The position numbers and the translations under genes were made by a program. A stretch of DNA of 64,000 nucleotides from the human T2T-CHM13v2.0 reference genome, Homo sapiens: the NCBI RefSeq assembly GCF_009914755.1, contig NC_060926.1. The stretch is one strand, 5' to 3'. The notes under the pieces are model-generated. The model made no database searches. It saw only the letters and a program-made list of their open reading frames with translations, and had not been told where the DNA came from. Position 1 is the first letter of the stretch. Each line of letters begins with the position of its first letter. Positions 51,793 through 64,000 of the stretch are shown here, piece after piece.

Positions 51793-53139
51793 GAGCCCTT
51801 ATAAAAGATGTTTATGAGAGACCCCTCTCTTCTTCAATATGTTAGGACACAGCAAGAAGGCACCATCTGTGAACCAGAACGTGGTTTCTCACCAGATACC
51901 AAATCTGCCAGCAACTTGATATTGAACTTCCCAGCCTCTAGAACTGTGAGAAATAAATTTCTGTTGTTTATAAGCTACCAAGTTTATGGTCTTTTGTTAT
52001 AACAGTCCCAATAGACTAAGATAGCATATGCTACATCCACATACTCCCCTAGAGCTACTGTGAAAGGACAGATAAGTATACAAAATAGGACATGAAAGAA
52101 TTGTAGTTATGCCTTTGTATGTTACATGATTATGTGTTTCCTAGTGCCTAGCAGCATCCTTTGCACACAAGTGGCATCCAATAAATGTTTATTGATTTGG
52201 ATAGACATTTATTGGTAGCCCTGCAAGGGAATTATAAGGCATAAAGCATCCAAATGCCTTCTTCAAACATAGTTAAATTTAATTCTATGCGGCAGTATAA
52301 ATTATGAAATAATCTTTTTTTCAAAAGTCTTCAGCAATATATGGGCAGGTAAATGCTTTGGTCATAGGCTGTAAGAATGTTGAAGCACAGACATCAGAAA
52401 TCTTCTAGCCCAAACCTCTCATTTACAAAAGAGGGAAATGTTCCAAGGGTTCATTGACTTGCCCACACAGCTGGTTCATTGCAAAAGTGTGACTAGTCTC
52501 TGGATGCCTAGGTTGACTTGAGAGGTGCAGGTATGTACACAAACGCACACAAATTCTATCTGCCATAAACAGTCTTTCTCATTAGTATACTACAGTTCTG
52601 AAATCCTAGCATTAAAAGATATTGCTTTTAATTATGTAAATAATTAAGTCATCTGGTACCCAAGATTTGGGGGAAAAAAAAAGGAAAAACAATGTCCTGA
52701 CCCTTCACATTTTTCATGAGTTGGTGCTGTGCTGAGTGTTTTGGCTGTCAGGTAACTGCTAATTGAATGCTTTCTGCAGCTCCACTGGTAGCAAAAAGTT
52801 ACTATGTACCTGAGGAATGCTCTTAGTGGACATCTGGAACTTGTTCTCCAGTAGTATTTTTATTTCTCATTTTAACCTTCTCTATTCTAAAGTGAGGTAT
52901 CCACCGACCCAAACCTAAGAGAGTGCTAATGCTGACAATGTGTATAAAGGGAAGCATAATCTGTCTATCTCTCTTGGCTTTCTTGCCTACTTTGCACCTC
53001 TTAGATGTAAAAACAAAATAAGACAGTTGAATATCGAGCATGTCACATAAACAGAAATCACCTGTTAACTCCTTAAAACTATATTTATTTATTCATACAT
53101 TTACTAGCATCGATTAGTTAAAAATGTAGTTGATTAGTG

Positions 53140-53846
53140 ATTATTGTTGACTCCTCAACATCCAGTTTATCACCCCAACAAATAGCATCAGTACAATTTT
53201 GTGACCAAGGCTGGATTCTGATTTATTATTATTGAAGATACTTAAAATAATCCAATTCCCTTTGGCAGTGATTGGGATGAGTCCTTTGGCCAACTTGGTC
53301 TTATGAGACATGAGAAAATATTTAGAGGGCTTCTAAGAAGTTTCCTCACTCTCACAAACAAACTACAGAAGAATGACAGCCCTCTGTCCCTTTCCTACTG
53401 GATGTGAATAAAATGTATAGCCCTTATTGCTACTACAACGATTATTTAATGACATATCAGGGTTACCTGGGCCAGATAATTCTTTACTGTAGGGATATTA
53501 TAGGATGTTTAACAACATCTCTGGCCTATAAAACTAGATGCTAGTAGCACCCTTCCAGTCATGGCAATAAAAATCATTTCCAATATTGTCAAATGTGTCC
53601 CCTCGGGGGCAAAATCTTCCCCAGTTGAGAAACATCGACTTAGATAAAGCTAGAAGAGTAGACAGCAGCAGGGAGAGATTAAAGGAAACTAAATGCATGG
53701 CTATGTCATTAAGACTCTAGGTCAACTCATTCTGAAAACTTCTTTACATCTGGCCTATCACATGAGCCAATAAATTCCATGCCTTTACTCTCTTAACTAG
53801 TGTGAGTTGATTTGTCGCCTGCAGTGAACGGCAGCATAGTGGTTAC
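53140..53846 (+). mobile_element. MLT1J-like MaLR LTR interrupted by MER20
   Basis: 'ttccctttggcagtgattgg...tatgagacatgag...ggcttctaagaagtttcctcactct' and 3' 'catgagccaataaattcc...gtgagttgatttgtcgcctgcag'. Confidence 0.55.
53457..53639 (+). mobile_element. MER20 hAT-Charlie DNA transposon fossil
   Basis: 'gggccagataattcttt...ggatgtttaacaacatctctggcct...ctagatgctagtagcac...gggggcaaaatcttccccagttgagaaac'. Confidence 0.88.
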
Positions 53847-54261
53847 TGAGCAAAACCTGGAGTGAATTGGATAGTGGTAAGAAGAGATAAAAAGATACAA
53901 TCTCAAGGAAAAAGCAGATGGCTTATGGCAGAAGATGAGAAATATCGAGTTGGGGGCACACGATGGTGATTAACTTGGAGAAGTAAGTGCCAAAACAGGT
54001 TGTTAGAAATAAAAAGGGAAAGGGCAAAAGTACAAGAAAGACTTACTCTTATAGAGAGAATTTTAAACTAATGCTAGCCGCATTTTACTATTTTTCCCCA
54101 ATTATTTGTTTCAACAGCAAACGTAATACATTTGCATAGTACATTCACCTCCCTCTTCCCTAAATGACTACTTCACATGACCAAGCTCTTCAAACCTCAA
54201 ACACTTTCTCAACATCTTCACATGGAGAGGGATGTGGAGGTTCCTCTCCACCCCCCACAGT

Positions 54262-55912
54262 CAAAGTTAAGTTGTCATCAACTTAAAATAACCTGCTATA
54301 ACTATAATATGCTCTGTAAGCCTCATGGTTACCACAAAGCAAAAGCCTATATTAGATGCACAAAAAATAAAAACTAGGAATGAAAACATAGCACTAGAGA
54401 AAAACGTTTAGATGCAAAGGAAGACAGCAAGAGAGAAAGAAAGGAAGTATCAAAAAAAAAAACTAAAAAAATTAACAAAATGAATCTTTACCTATCAATA
54501 ATTATATTGAATGTATATGGATTAAATTCTTCAATCAGAAGACATAGAGTGGCTGAATAGATTAAAAAAAAAACAGGACCTAGCTATATACTACCTACAA
54601 CAAACTAACTTCACCTGTAAGGACACACATAAACTGACAGTGAAGGGATGGAAAAAGATCTTTCATGCAAATGGAAACCAAAAGAGGGCAGGAGTAGCTG
54701 TAATTATATCAGATAAAGTAGACTTTAAGTCAAAAATTATAAAAATAGAGAAGGAAGGTCATTATATAATGATAAAGAGGTCAATTCTGCAAGAGGATAT
54801 AACAGTTGTACATATATATACATATATATAGGCATCTGACAGAGCAAGTAAATATATCAAGCAAATATTAATAAATTTGAAAGAAAAAATAGACTGCAAC
54901 ATGATGATTGTGGGGACTTCAAGACCCTGCTTTCGGGAGTAGATCCTCCAGACAAAAAAATAATTCAGGTAATGTCAGACTTAAAATAGAGTTTAGATTA
55001 AATGGACCAAACAGACATATACAGAACATTCTACCCAACAGCTGCAGAATATACATTCTTCTTAAGTGGATATAGAACATTCTCCAGGACAGATTATATA
55101 TTATGCCACAAAACCAGTCCTAACAAATTTAAGAAGATTGAAATCATGTCAAATATCTTTAATGACCACAATGAAAAAAAGAGCTAGAAATCAATAAGAG
55201 AAAGAATTTTGGAAAATTCACACCTACATGGAAATTAAATGTGGTCCTGAAGAACTAAGAGGTCAATGAATAAATTAAAAGGTAAATTAAAAATTGTCTT
55301 GAGACAAACTAAAATGAAAACACAACACACTAAAACCCATGAGAAATAGCAAAGGCAGTTCTAAGAGGAAAGTTGATAGAAATAAAAAGTCTACATCAAA
55401 ATAGAATGATCTCAAATAAACAATGTAATGTTGCACCTCAAGGAACTAGAAAAACAAGAACAAACTAAGCTCAAAGTTAGTGGAAGGAAGGAAATGATAA
55501 ATACTAGAGTAGAAATAAATGAAATAGAGACCAGAAAAAACATAGATAAGATCAATTAAACCGAGATGGTATTTTTAAAAGATAAAATTGACAAACCTTT
55601 AGCTAAACTAAATAAGAAAAAAAAGAGAAAACTCAAATATATAAAAACAGAAATAAAAATAAAGACATTAGAACGGATACCACAGAAATCCAAAGAATCA
55701 TAAAAGACTATCATGAACAATTATATGCCTACAAATTGCATAACTTAGAAGAAATGGATAAATTCCTTGACACATACCATTTATCAATATTGAATTATGA
55801 AGAAATAGAAGATCTGAAAAAATGAATAATGAGTAAGGATATTGAATCAGTAATAAAAAGTTTCCCACCAAAGAAAGCCAGGACTTGATGACTTCACTAA
55901 CGAATTCTACCA
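54262..55912 (+). mobile_element. L1MA-like internal fragment (inter-ORF region and ORF2 endonuclease region)
   Basis: 'KGWKKIFHANGNQKRAGVAVIISDKVDFKSKIIK' and 'DIYRTFYPTAAEYTFF'; breaks off at 'gacttcactaacgaattctacca'. Confidence 0.9.
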
Positions 55913-56039
55913 CTGAATTCACACATGCATGTATATACACATAGAGATATAATGCCATGATTTTCATATAAATCATGTGTATTCTTCACATTCATATATA
56001 AACCTATATTCCTCACAAACATAAATTATGTACATATTA

Positions 56040-57115
<1,076 letters not shown>

Positions 57116-57217
57116 GCATGGACACTGGGGATTATATGCTGATTTATTCACTTTGTTATACACCTGGATTTTCTTTAAGGCCTGGAATAGGTATTGTTCT
57201 GTATCTATTTGGTCAAT

Positions 57218-57450
57218 GTGGCATAAAGGGATAGTCATGAAATTTTGACTTTCAGTGAATTGGAATCAAATTCTAACTTCATGTTTTAGTAGCTGTGTGA
57301 CATGGGCAAATTAAAATCTCTGAGTCTAAATGTTTTCATCTTTATGCAGAACTGCTATAAGTTTCTGAATATGAATTTGTTAAAGAATAAAATGTGAGAA
57401 GATATATAAAACCCTGGCATGGCCCCAACTCTCAGTAAATGTTAATTTAC
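57218..57450 (+). mobile_element. MIR SINE
   Basis: 'tagtagctgtgtgacatgggcaaattaaaatctctgagtct...ccctggcat...ctcagtaaatgtta'. Confidence 0.8.
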
Positions 57451-59369
57451 CTGTTCTGTGAACTAATAAGTAAGGATGCCAGGACAACACATAGCTATGC
57501 TTTCAAGTGGATTAGGATGAATTTCCTCCCGAGTTACTGTGGAAATGTCCAATTGTGTATGCATAAATAGCAAAGGTGATATCAATATCATACTAAAGGT
57601 CTTTTTTTTTCTGTTACTGCTTTAATAATAGCAGCTGCCAGTGAGTGAATCTCCTGGCTGAAGTACCTTTACAGCAATCTGTCTTTTTCATAACAGAACT
57701 GTTTGATCCAAACATGTGTTCTTGTCAAACCTTTCCCAGGACTCCTTATTTATAACTACAGTAAATGCAGCCAGTGGCCAGTGTAGTTCTCCTTACATAT
57801 AATCACTAAAACATATTTGCAATTGAATAGTTACTGCTGTTTCCTTCTCTGAATTTCTTTCTAGGACACATGGAAAGGCAGAAGGCCACTGTTTGCATAG
57901 CCAAACATCTCTGTGTCTGGAAATTTCCTTGGGCAGTCTATGCAGTAGGTTTCTAAGTATGATCAGCATGCATCTTACACTGGAAATTGTGAAAGCAGCT
58001 ACCAGTACTATGTCTGGCACAGACAAGATTTTAAATAAATATATGAATAAATAAAAGGATAAGAATTTAATTAAAAGATAAGTTGTTTGGGAAACATCTT
58101 AATAACTTGGAGTACTGAAACAAATGGTTTTAATAGAAAATGTAACTTATCCATCCATTCACACATTCATTCAAATAAATATTGACTGAGGGCTTGCTAT
58201 TTTTCAGACACTAAGTCACTGCAAACATTCTGTTCACTATGACATCCTGGCCTACATGGAGATTACAGTGCGGTGAATAGATGGTTATTGAACACACACA
58301 TAATTCCAAAATTACTGAAGATTTTAGAGAAATCTAATTATGAAGGTTGTAATAGGGAATAAAAATATAGAAAGTTCATGTTTTATCTATAGAAATTGAG
58401 ATTTGGTGCATTGAATCCTCCTTAATCTACATTTGTACTGGTAATGTATAAGAATAGCAATTGATCATATTATGATCACCTTCTGAATACTGGATGATCT
58501 AAAATCTGATTGAAGATCTAGTGTTTAAATGAGCTTTACTATAAACTTATCATCTACAAAATCAAGAGATCACATGCACAGAGAACAACATTGAGTCAGC
58601 CATTTAGAGGTTGGCTATTTTCTTTCAAAAGCTAAACATCCTTTTATTGCCCATTAGCAACACAGCACTGAGAAATAATACTATTCAAAAATAGACAGCT
58701 AAATCTTTAAATGCTAACATAGTATAATCTGTAAAACGCTGACTGGATGAAAGTAACACAGAAAGAGAGTAGAATATGCTCAACAAATGGAAACATAATC
58801 AAAACCATAAAATATGTTATAATTCAATGTAGAAAAAACACATAAGGAAAAATTACAGATGAATTTTACATAAGATTGAAGGCCCTACACGGATATTTAA
58901 GAAACAACTACTCTTTGACTAGTCTGGGCCTACAAGCTGAACATGGGTAACTTTCACTTTTGGTGAGAAAAAGCCAATCAACTAGCATGCAATGCACTCA
59001 TCCCTGGCAATAATTATCAAGCTCCTTTACTGTCTTCTCATAATCTTCTGGCAAGAGTCTATAGAACCTTGAAGATCATCAGCTTCTACTCACAGAAATT
59101 CCACTATGACTACATGAGGAACTCTTGGTTAGATACCCAAAAGCAACACATATGCATTTTGTGAACTTTCCCTTACTCTGCCCTATTAGGTAGACCCCTC
59201 CCATCACTTCCTACCCTTATGAAATTATCCTCTCAAGGAACTCAGACTTCATGAAAAACAAGATTCTGAAAGGCACAGTCAACCATCCTTTGAAGAAATT
59301 GCCAAGACCTGGCTCTCTTCTCAGAAAAGGAAACAGAAAAGTAGAGTGAACACAAAATACATATCAATA

Positions 59370-61265
59370 TCTCAATATTCTCAGCAGAATCTTCCATTCA
59401 CTTGGATCCCCTTCATCGGAATTTTAAATCCTTAAGTATTTCCCATCAGCCTAAAAACAAAAATAAAACCAAAAATAAATTCTTTACCACCAATGACAAC
59501 TACACTGTCAAATTTCATGTCGGACTATTTTTTTTCAGCCCTCTGAGTTATTGACCTGATTTTGAATAGGAATATACTCCAATAAAAAACACACTGCCGA
59601 TCTATCCTCTCAGCTGGTTTTCAATATTTTTGATTAGCTCTTCCTTCTTCAAACCTTCCCCAGTTTTTCCTCTATAACAAACACCTCTTGCTTATACCAA
59701 CCTTTTGATCAGCTCTCAGCCTCCTCAACCCAACTGTTAGATGTTAGAGTTTTTTATGGCTAGACTGTAAGCCTTCTTCTCATTCTGTTCTCTCATCCAA
59801 GTCTACAGTTTCAATTCCAACTAGACACCAACATCTTGCAAATTTACATTTTAACCCCAGATAATTTTACTGGGTTTCTGTGTTAGTTCGTTCTCATACT
59901 GCTTGAATAAATACCTGAGACTGAGTAATTTATAAACAAAAAAGATTTAATTGACTCACAGTTCTGCATTGCTGGGGATGCCTCAGGAAACTTAAATCAT
60001 GGCAAAGGGGAAGCAAGGCACTTTTTCACAGGGTGGCAGGACAGAGTGAGTGCAAGCCAGTGAAATGTCACATGCTTATATAACCATCAGATCTCATGAT
60101 ACTCATTCACTATCACAAGAACAGCATGGGGAAAACCGCCACCATGATCCAGTTACCTCCACCTGGTCCTGCCCTTGACACATGAGGATTATGGGTAATG
60201 GGGATTACCATTCAAGATGAGATTTTGTGTGGGGGCACAGCTAAGCCGTATCAGTTCCAAACATGTATGTAGAATTATTTACTGAACAGTTTCACTTAGA
60301 TATCTCAATGCGCCTCAAACTCAACAGGGCCAAAAACAAATTCCTGATTTCTCCCTGCCAAAACAAATTAACACAATGAATGAATGAACAAAGCAAATCA
60401 ATTTCTACAAAATTAACTACCTGGTTGTCTTCTGGTGTTTCTTATTTCTTATCTCAACATCCACATACGACTGGATAAATTAGAAACCTAATGCTTAGCC
60501 TTACTCCCATATTCAACCAATTTTTTAGACTTCAATTCCTAAACCTCTCTTAAATGCACTCACTCTTTTTTAGCCTGTCTCTCGTAACCCTAGTATAGGC
60601 ATTCATTTTCCCCAGGCTTGATTTCTGAATTGCCTGACTGGTTTCTTCGTATCCACTCACACTGTCTTCCAATCCTATCCTCATACCACCATTAAAGTAA
60701 TGTTTTGAAAGCTAAAATTTCATCATGCTTTTCTCCCTTACTTAGAAACCCTTCAATAGCATGTTGGCCTATTTAGAAGAAAGTCTTGTACCGTCCTATA
60801 GTATGCAACGCCTTATGCTATTTCATTGCTGCCTACATTTCTTGCTTTGTCTTACACAGTCCACCCTTGCTGTCTGCTCCAGCTTCACTGACATTTTCTC
60901 AGTTCCTCAGAATAAATCATCCTCTCTCCCACCACAAGTCTTTTGCTAAAACTGTGCCCTATACTCTAGTGCCTTCTCAACTTTGAAGAAAGTTCTCATT
61001 CATGCCAACTTTCATTTCCTGAGAGAACTCTCATAAGCCATAAATCAGGTCAAGAACTTGTGTTACATACTCTGGTAGCACAACACACCAGTTCTTTATA
61101 ACAGCATTGTTATATATCAAATAGTATTTGTAATAAATTGATTATTGTTCCTCTTTCCCAGTTCCTCTCCATAATGGCAAAAATCTTGAGTGCTTTTGTC
61201 ACAGTTATATACCTAGGGTCTGGCACAGAACTTGTCACATAATTAATGTTTAATAAATTTTATGG
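59370..61265 (+). mobile_element. L2 LINE (long 3' portion) interrupted by a THE1 LTR
   Basis: 'cacttagatatctcaatgcgcctcaaactcaacagggccaaaa', 'ccctacttagaaacccttcaatagc', and a 3' end 'gtctggcacagaacttgtcacataattaatgtttaataaa'. Confidence 0.75.
59879..60253 (-). mobile_element. THE1C/D-like MaLR solo LTR
   Basis: 'tgtgttagttcgttctcatactgct...acctgagactgagtaatttataaa...gggcacagctaagccgtatca'; TSD gtttc/gttcc. Confidence 0.9.
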
Positions 61266-61324
61266 TATGAAAACCCAAAGGAACTAATTCTATAGAGATA
61301 GATATTAGTTAATTTGATAAAGTG

Positions 61325-61617
61325 GGACTGGGTGCAGTAGCTCATGCATGTAATCCCAGCACTTTGGGAGACTGAGGCAGGTTGATCGTTTGAGCCCAGG
61401 AGTTCGAGACCAGTCTGGACAACATGGTGAAACCCTGTCTCTACAAAAAAATTAAAAAAAAATTATCCAGGCATGGTGGAATGCATCTGTAATCATCGCT
61501 ACTCAGGAGGCTGAGGTGGGAGGATCACCAGAGCCCAGGGAGATGCAGTGAGCCATGATTATTCCACTGGACTACAGCCTGGCTGGCAGAGTGAGATGCT
61601 GTCTGAAAGAAAAAAAA
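61325..61617 (+). mobile_element. AluJ (old, diverged)
   Basis: J-type 'tttgagcccaggagttcgag', 'gaggtgggaggatcac' and 'gagccatgat'. Confidence 0.92.
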
Positions 61618-62175
61618 CTGATATAGAGGAACAAATAACTGCCTGTTTTTCAATCATTTATCTTTGATCAAGAAGTACATAAATACTTTTTGATCAGTGT
61701 ATATTGACATTAATAAAAATGCCTATTTTCTTACCTGTGTATACCTTAATAATATTTTTGAATGACTGATCAGTGGAAGAGCAGGAAAGAGTAAGGTGGA
61801 ACTTTGCATTTATTTCACTTCTCCATTTTCATAATGCAAAATGTTGGCTCATTATTTATATATAACTTGAAACATATTGCTGGTTTATATCTATAAATAT
61901 AGATATAAATATTATATATGTCATAATTATAACAATAAAGTATTTAAGGGAGCTGGACCCTTCCTATCTTCAATAGTTAAATTAGTCTTTTTTAAATTTA
62001 GGAAGAGATATTTTTTACAACTTCTTGACACCAGTAGTCACAAAGTGATAATGAGAATTTATAAAAATTTATCAAAAAATGAAAATGTCAGGCAATGCTT
62101 GACTGTATTGAGAGACCTATGGATTTTAATTGCAGTTGGTAAAACTTGAATATAACTAGCTGATTTTCCACTCAC

Positions 62176-62278
62176 CATGGTGGAGGCAAAAAAAAGCAAA
62201 CAAACAAAAGGAGGCATCCTTTTAAGTAATTGATACAATTTATGGTGCTTATTACCAACTTCGAGCCATTTACAAGCT
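62176..62278 (-). other. Candidate 103-nt exon ending in a Kozak-context ATG
   Basis: Minus strand reads ctaatttttttcag|AGCTTG...GCCTCCACCATG|gtgagt. Confidence 0.35.
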
Positions 62279-64000
62279 CTGAAAAAAATTAGAGCCACTG
62301 ATCAAGAATATATATCCCAAGGCTATATAGCTAATATACTAGCATAATCAATTCTTTTAAAATTGCTGTTTAATTTCAATGCATATATGCTATTCACTAA
62401 AATACAAATGTAATTTTTAACTATCACACAAGATATCAAAATTGATTTTACATTTTTATTTTAAAGTTTTCATTAGGTGTTCATTGACTGTAAGACTGAG
62501 TGTCTATTAGTCATAAAATTCTCAGCTGAATGTATCCTAAAATATAATAAATTATTATGTGCCACTTTACTGCTAATATTTTCAAATCCAAGTTTGTATA
62601 ACACACTCTCCAACTTCTTTTTAAAAGCTACAAAAACTATGTCACAGGCAGAAACACTAAAACCAGATTCTAAGTATTTTCAAAGGAGACAAATGGCAAA
62701 TGCACATTTAGCTCACAAGCAGAAGACCTCTCTTAATTTATTCAACAATTAAATTTGTTAGATACTACACTGGTAGCTAAGAATGTTCCCGACCTCACAG
62801 GGCTTAATCTAGTTCTCTCCAAAAATTTTAATCACAACTTTGGTAAATCCTGTGACATATAGATTTATTTTTTACCCTCAACCATTGTTTGTATTATGAT
62901 TCTCATTATATTAAAATAGCATTTGAAGTTGACATTTAATTGTTCATATTATACATACCAAATAGACAAAATAAATATTTTGATTTGTCAATATTTGATT
63001 TTGTCACTTTTTAAAAATATTTTTTAAAATTAACCTCATATGTACATCAAATGAAAAACAAAATAGATATTATCTTTAGAAGGGAAAATGGTTTTTCAAT
63101 TCACTTTATGACCGAAGACTTCATATTTTAAATTATTCTAGGTCATTTTAAAAACAAATGTTCTCATCTGTTCCCCTTTACTATTTATACACCTTCTAGA
63201 TCCCACCCCACAGGTTGGCAGGAATTTGCATGGCTGTGTTGTTGGAGGGAAGTATTCATGCTGCTAGAGTGGAGCATGAATGAAAGGGTGTGTCCAGGGA
63301 TCTGTAAAAATGTTTTTCTTGAACAGTATTGACTATTCTTTAATGCCAGTTGAGTCATGCAAGATCATGCACTTCCAGCACAATGAAGGGAATAGTCTCT
63401 GTTCTCCATCTATGTTAATTTGAGTGGATTTTGAAAACCAGCCACCTGTTTTTCTCTACCTGTTCATCACAAAATTATATTTTGCAATCAGATTAACCAT
63501 AATACCGAGATGTAGATAGAAATGATTTGTATACAACTATTACTACTGCTTATGTCAGTGGGCAAAATGGGTTATGCAAAATGGGCAAAATGCAAAAATG
63601 CATTTTAACACCCCTCCCTTTGTCTTATAATTGTCAATGAATGCCTCCTGATCTGATCCTACCATCACAAGGAAGTTCCTTAAGGACAGGAAATACATGT
63701 TACTTGTATATTGTAATATTCCTAATATTTAGCAAATATTTCTACATTTAATAAGCACTAAAATTTGCAACAGTAGAAACAAAATGTGCCAATTCTCCAT
63801 TTAATGTTCTGATAAATTATTCAGCAACTCACAGTGTACAGAAGAAAGACACTGGAATTATATCACTGATAGGTTAGATTACTGTTACCAACTCTGCAAC
63901 TTGTTGACCTTGAATGAACATGTTTAATAAGTTCCTTTTATCCAGAAGTAGGATTACTTGATCATATGATAGTATTATTTTTAGTTTTTTGAGAAACCTC

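Larger units (their letters stand above)
45128..52023 (+). mobile_element. MLT1A/MSTD-like MaLR solo LTR split by the HERV-L (halves 45128-45266 and 51793-52023)
   Basis: The halves join as '...aatgagataagagcc|cttataaaaga...'; outer 5-bp TSD GCATA at 45123-45127 and 52024-52028. Confidence 0.9.

Noticed and set aside
57840-57962. Strong plus-strand acceptor 'tttccttctctgaatttctttctag'
   Set aside because: No convincing downstream donor and no recognisable coding frame.

Overview
AT-rich, CpG-poor primate (human-like) genomic DNA that looks intronic or intergenic. I recognise no cellular protein-coding exon. The ORFs I can identify are fragments of retroelement genes or Alus; the rest look like chance ORFs. 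Main content: (i) a full-length but inactivated ~6.4-kb L1PA8-like LINE (2868-9290, +) inserted into an older L1MB-like element (~1040-9975); (ii) a near-complete HERV-L provirus with MLT2A1-type LTRs (45267-51792, -; gag-pro-RT-RNaseH-IN-dUTPase remnants) inserted into an MLT1A-like LTR, with both target-site duplications intact; (iii) an ERV9/LTR12 solo LTR with a CCAAT array (31709-32855); (iv) six Alus, one a very young, CpG-intact AluY; (v) many old MIR, L2, CR1, MaLR and hAT fossils. The most notable non-repeat signals concern splicing: a minus-strand 6-nt microexon candidate with neural-microexon features (33308-33313), a plus-strand recursive-splice-type CAG|GTAAG motif (27151), a CpG-enriched minus-strand exon candidate with a hairpin (~40828-41065), and an exon candidate ending in a Kozak ATG (62176-62278). 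Subfamily names come from recalled consensus sequences, not a database search. Boundaries of old repeats are approximate. All splicing calls are hypotheses.
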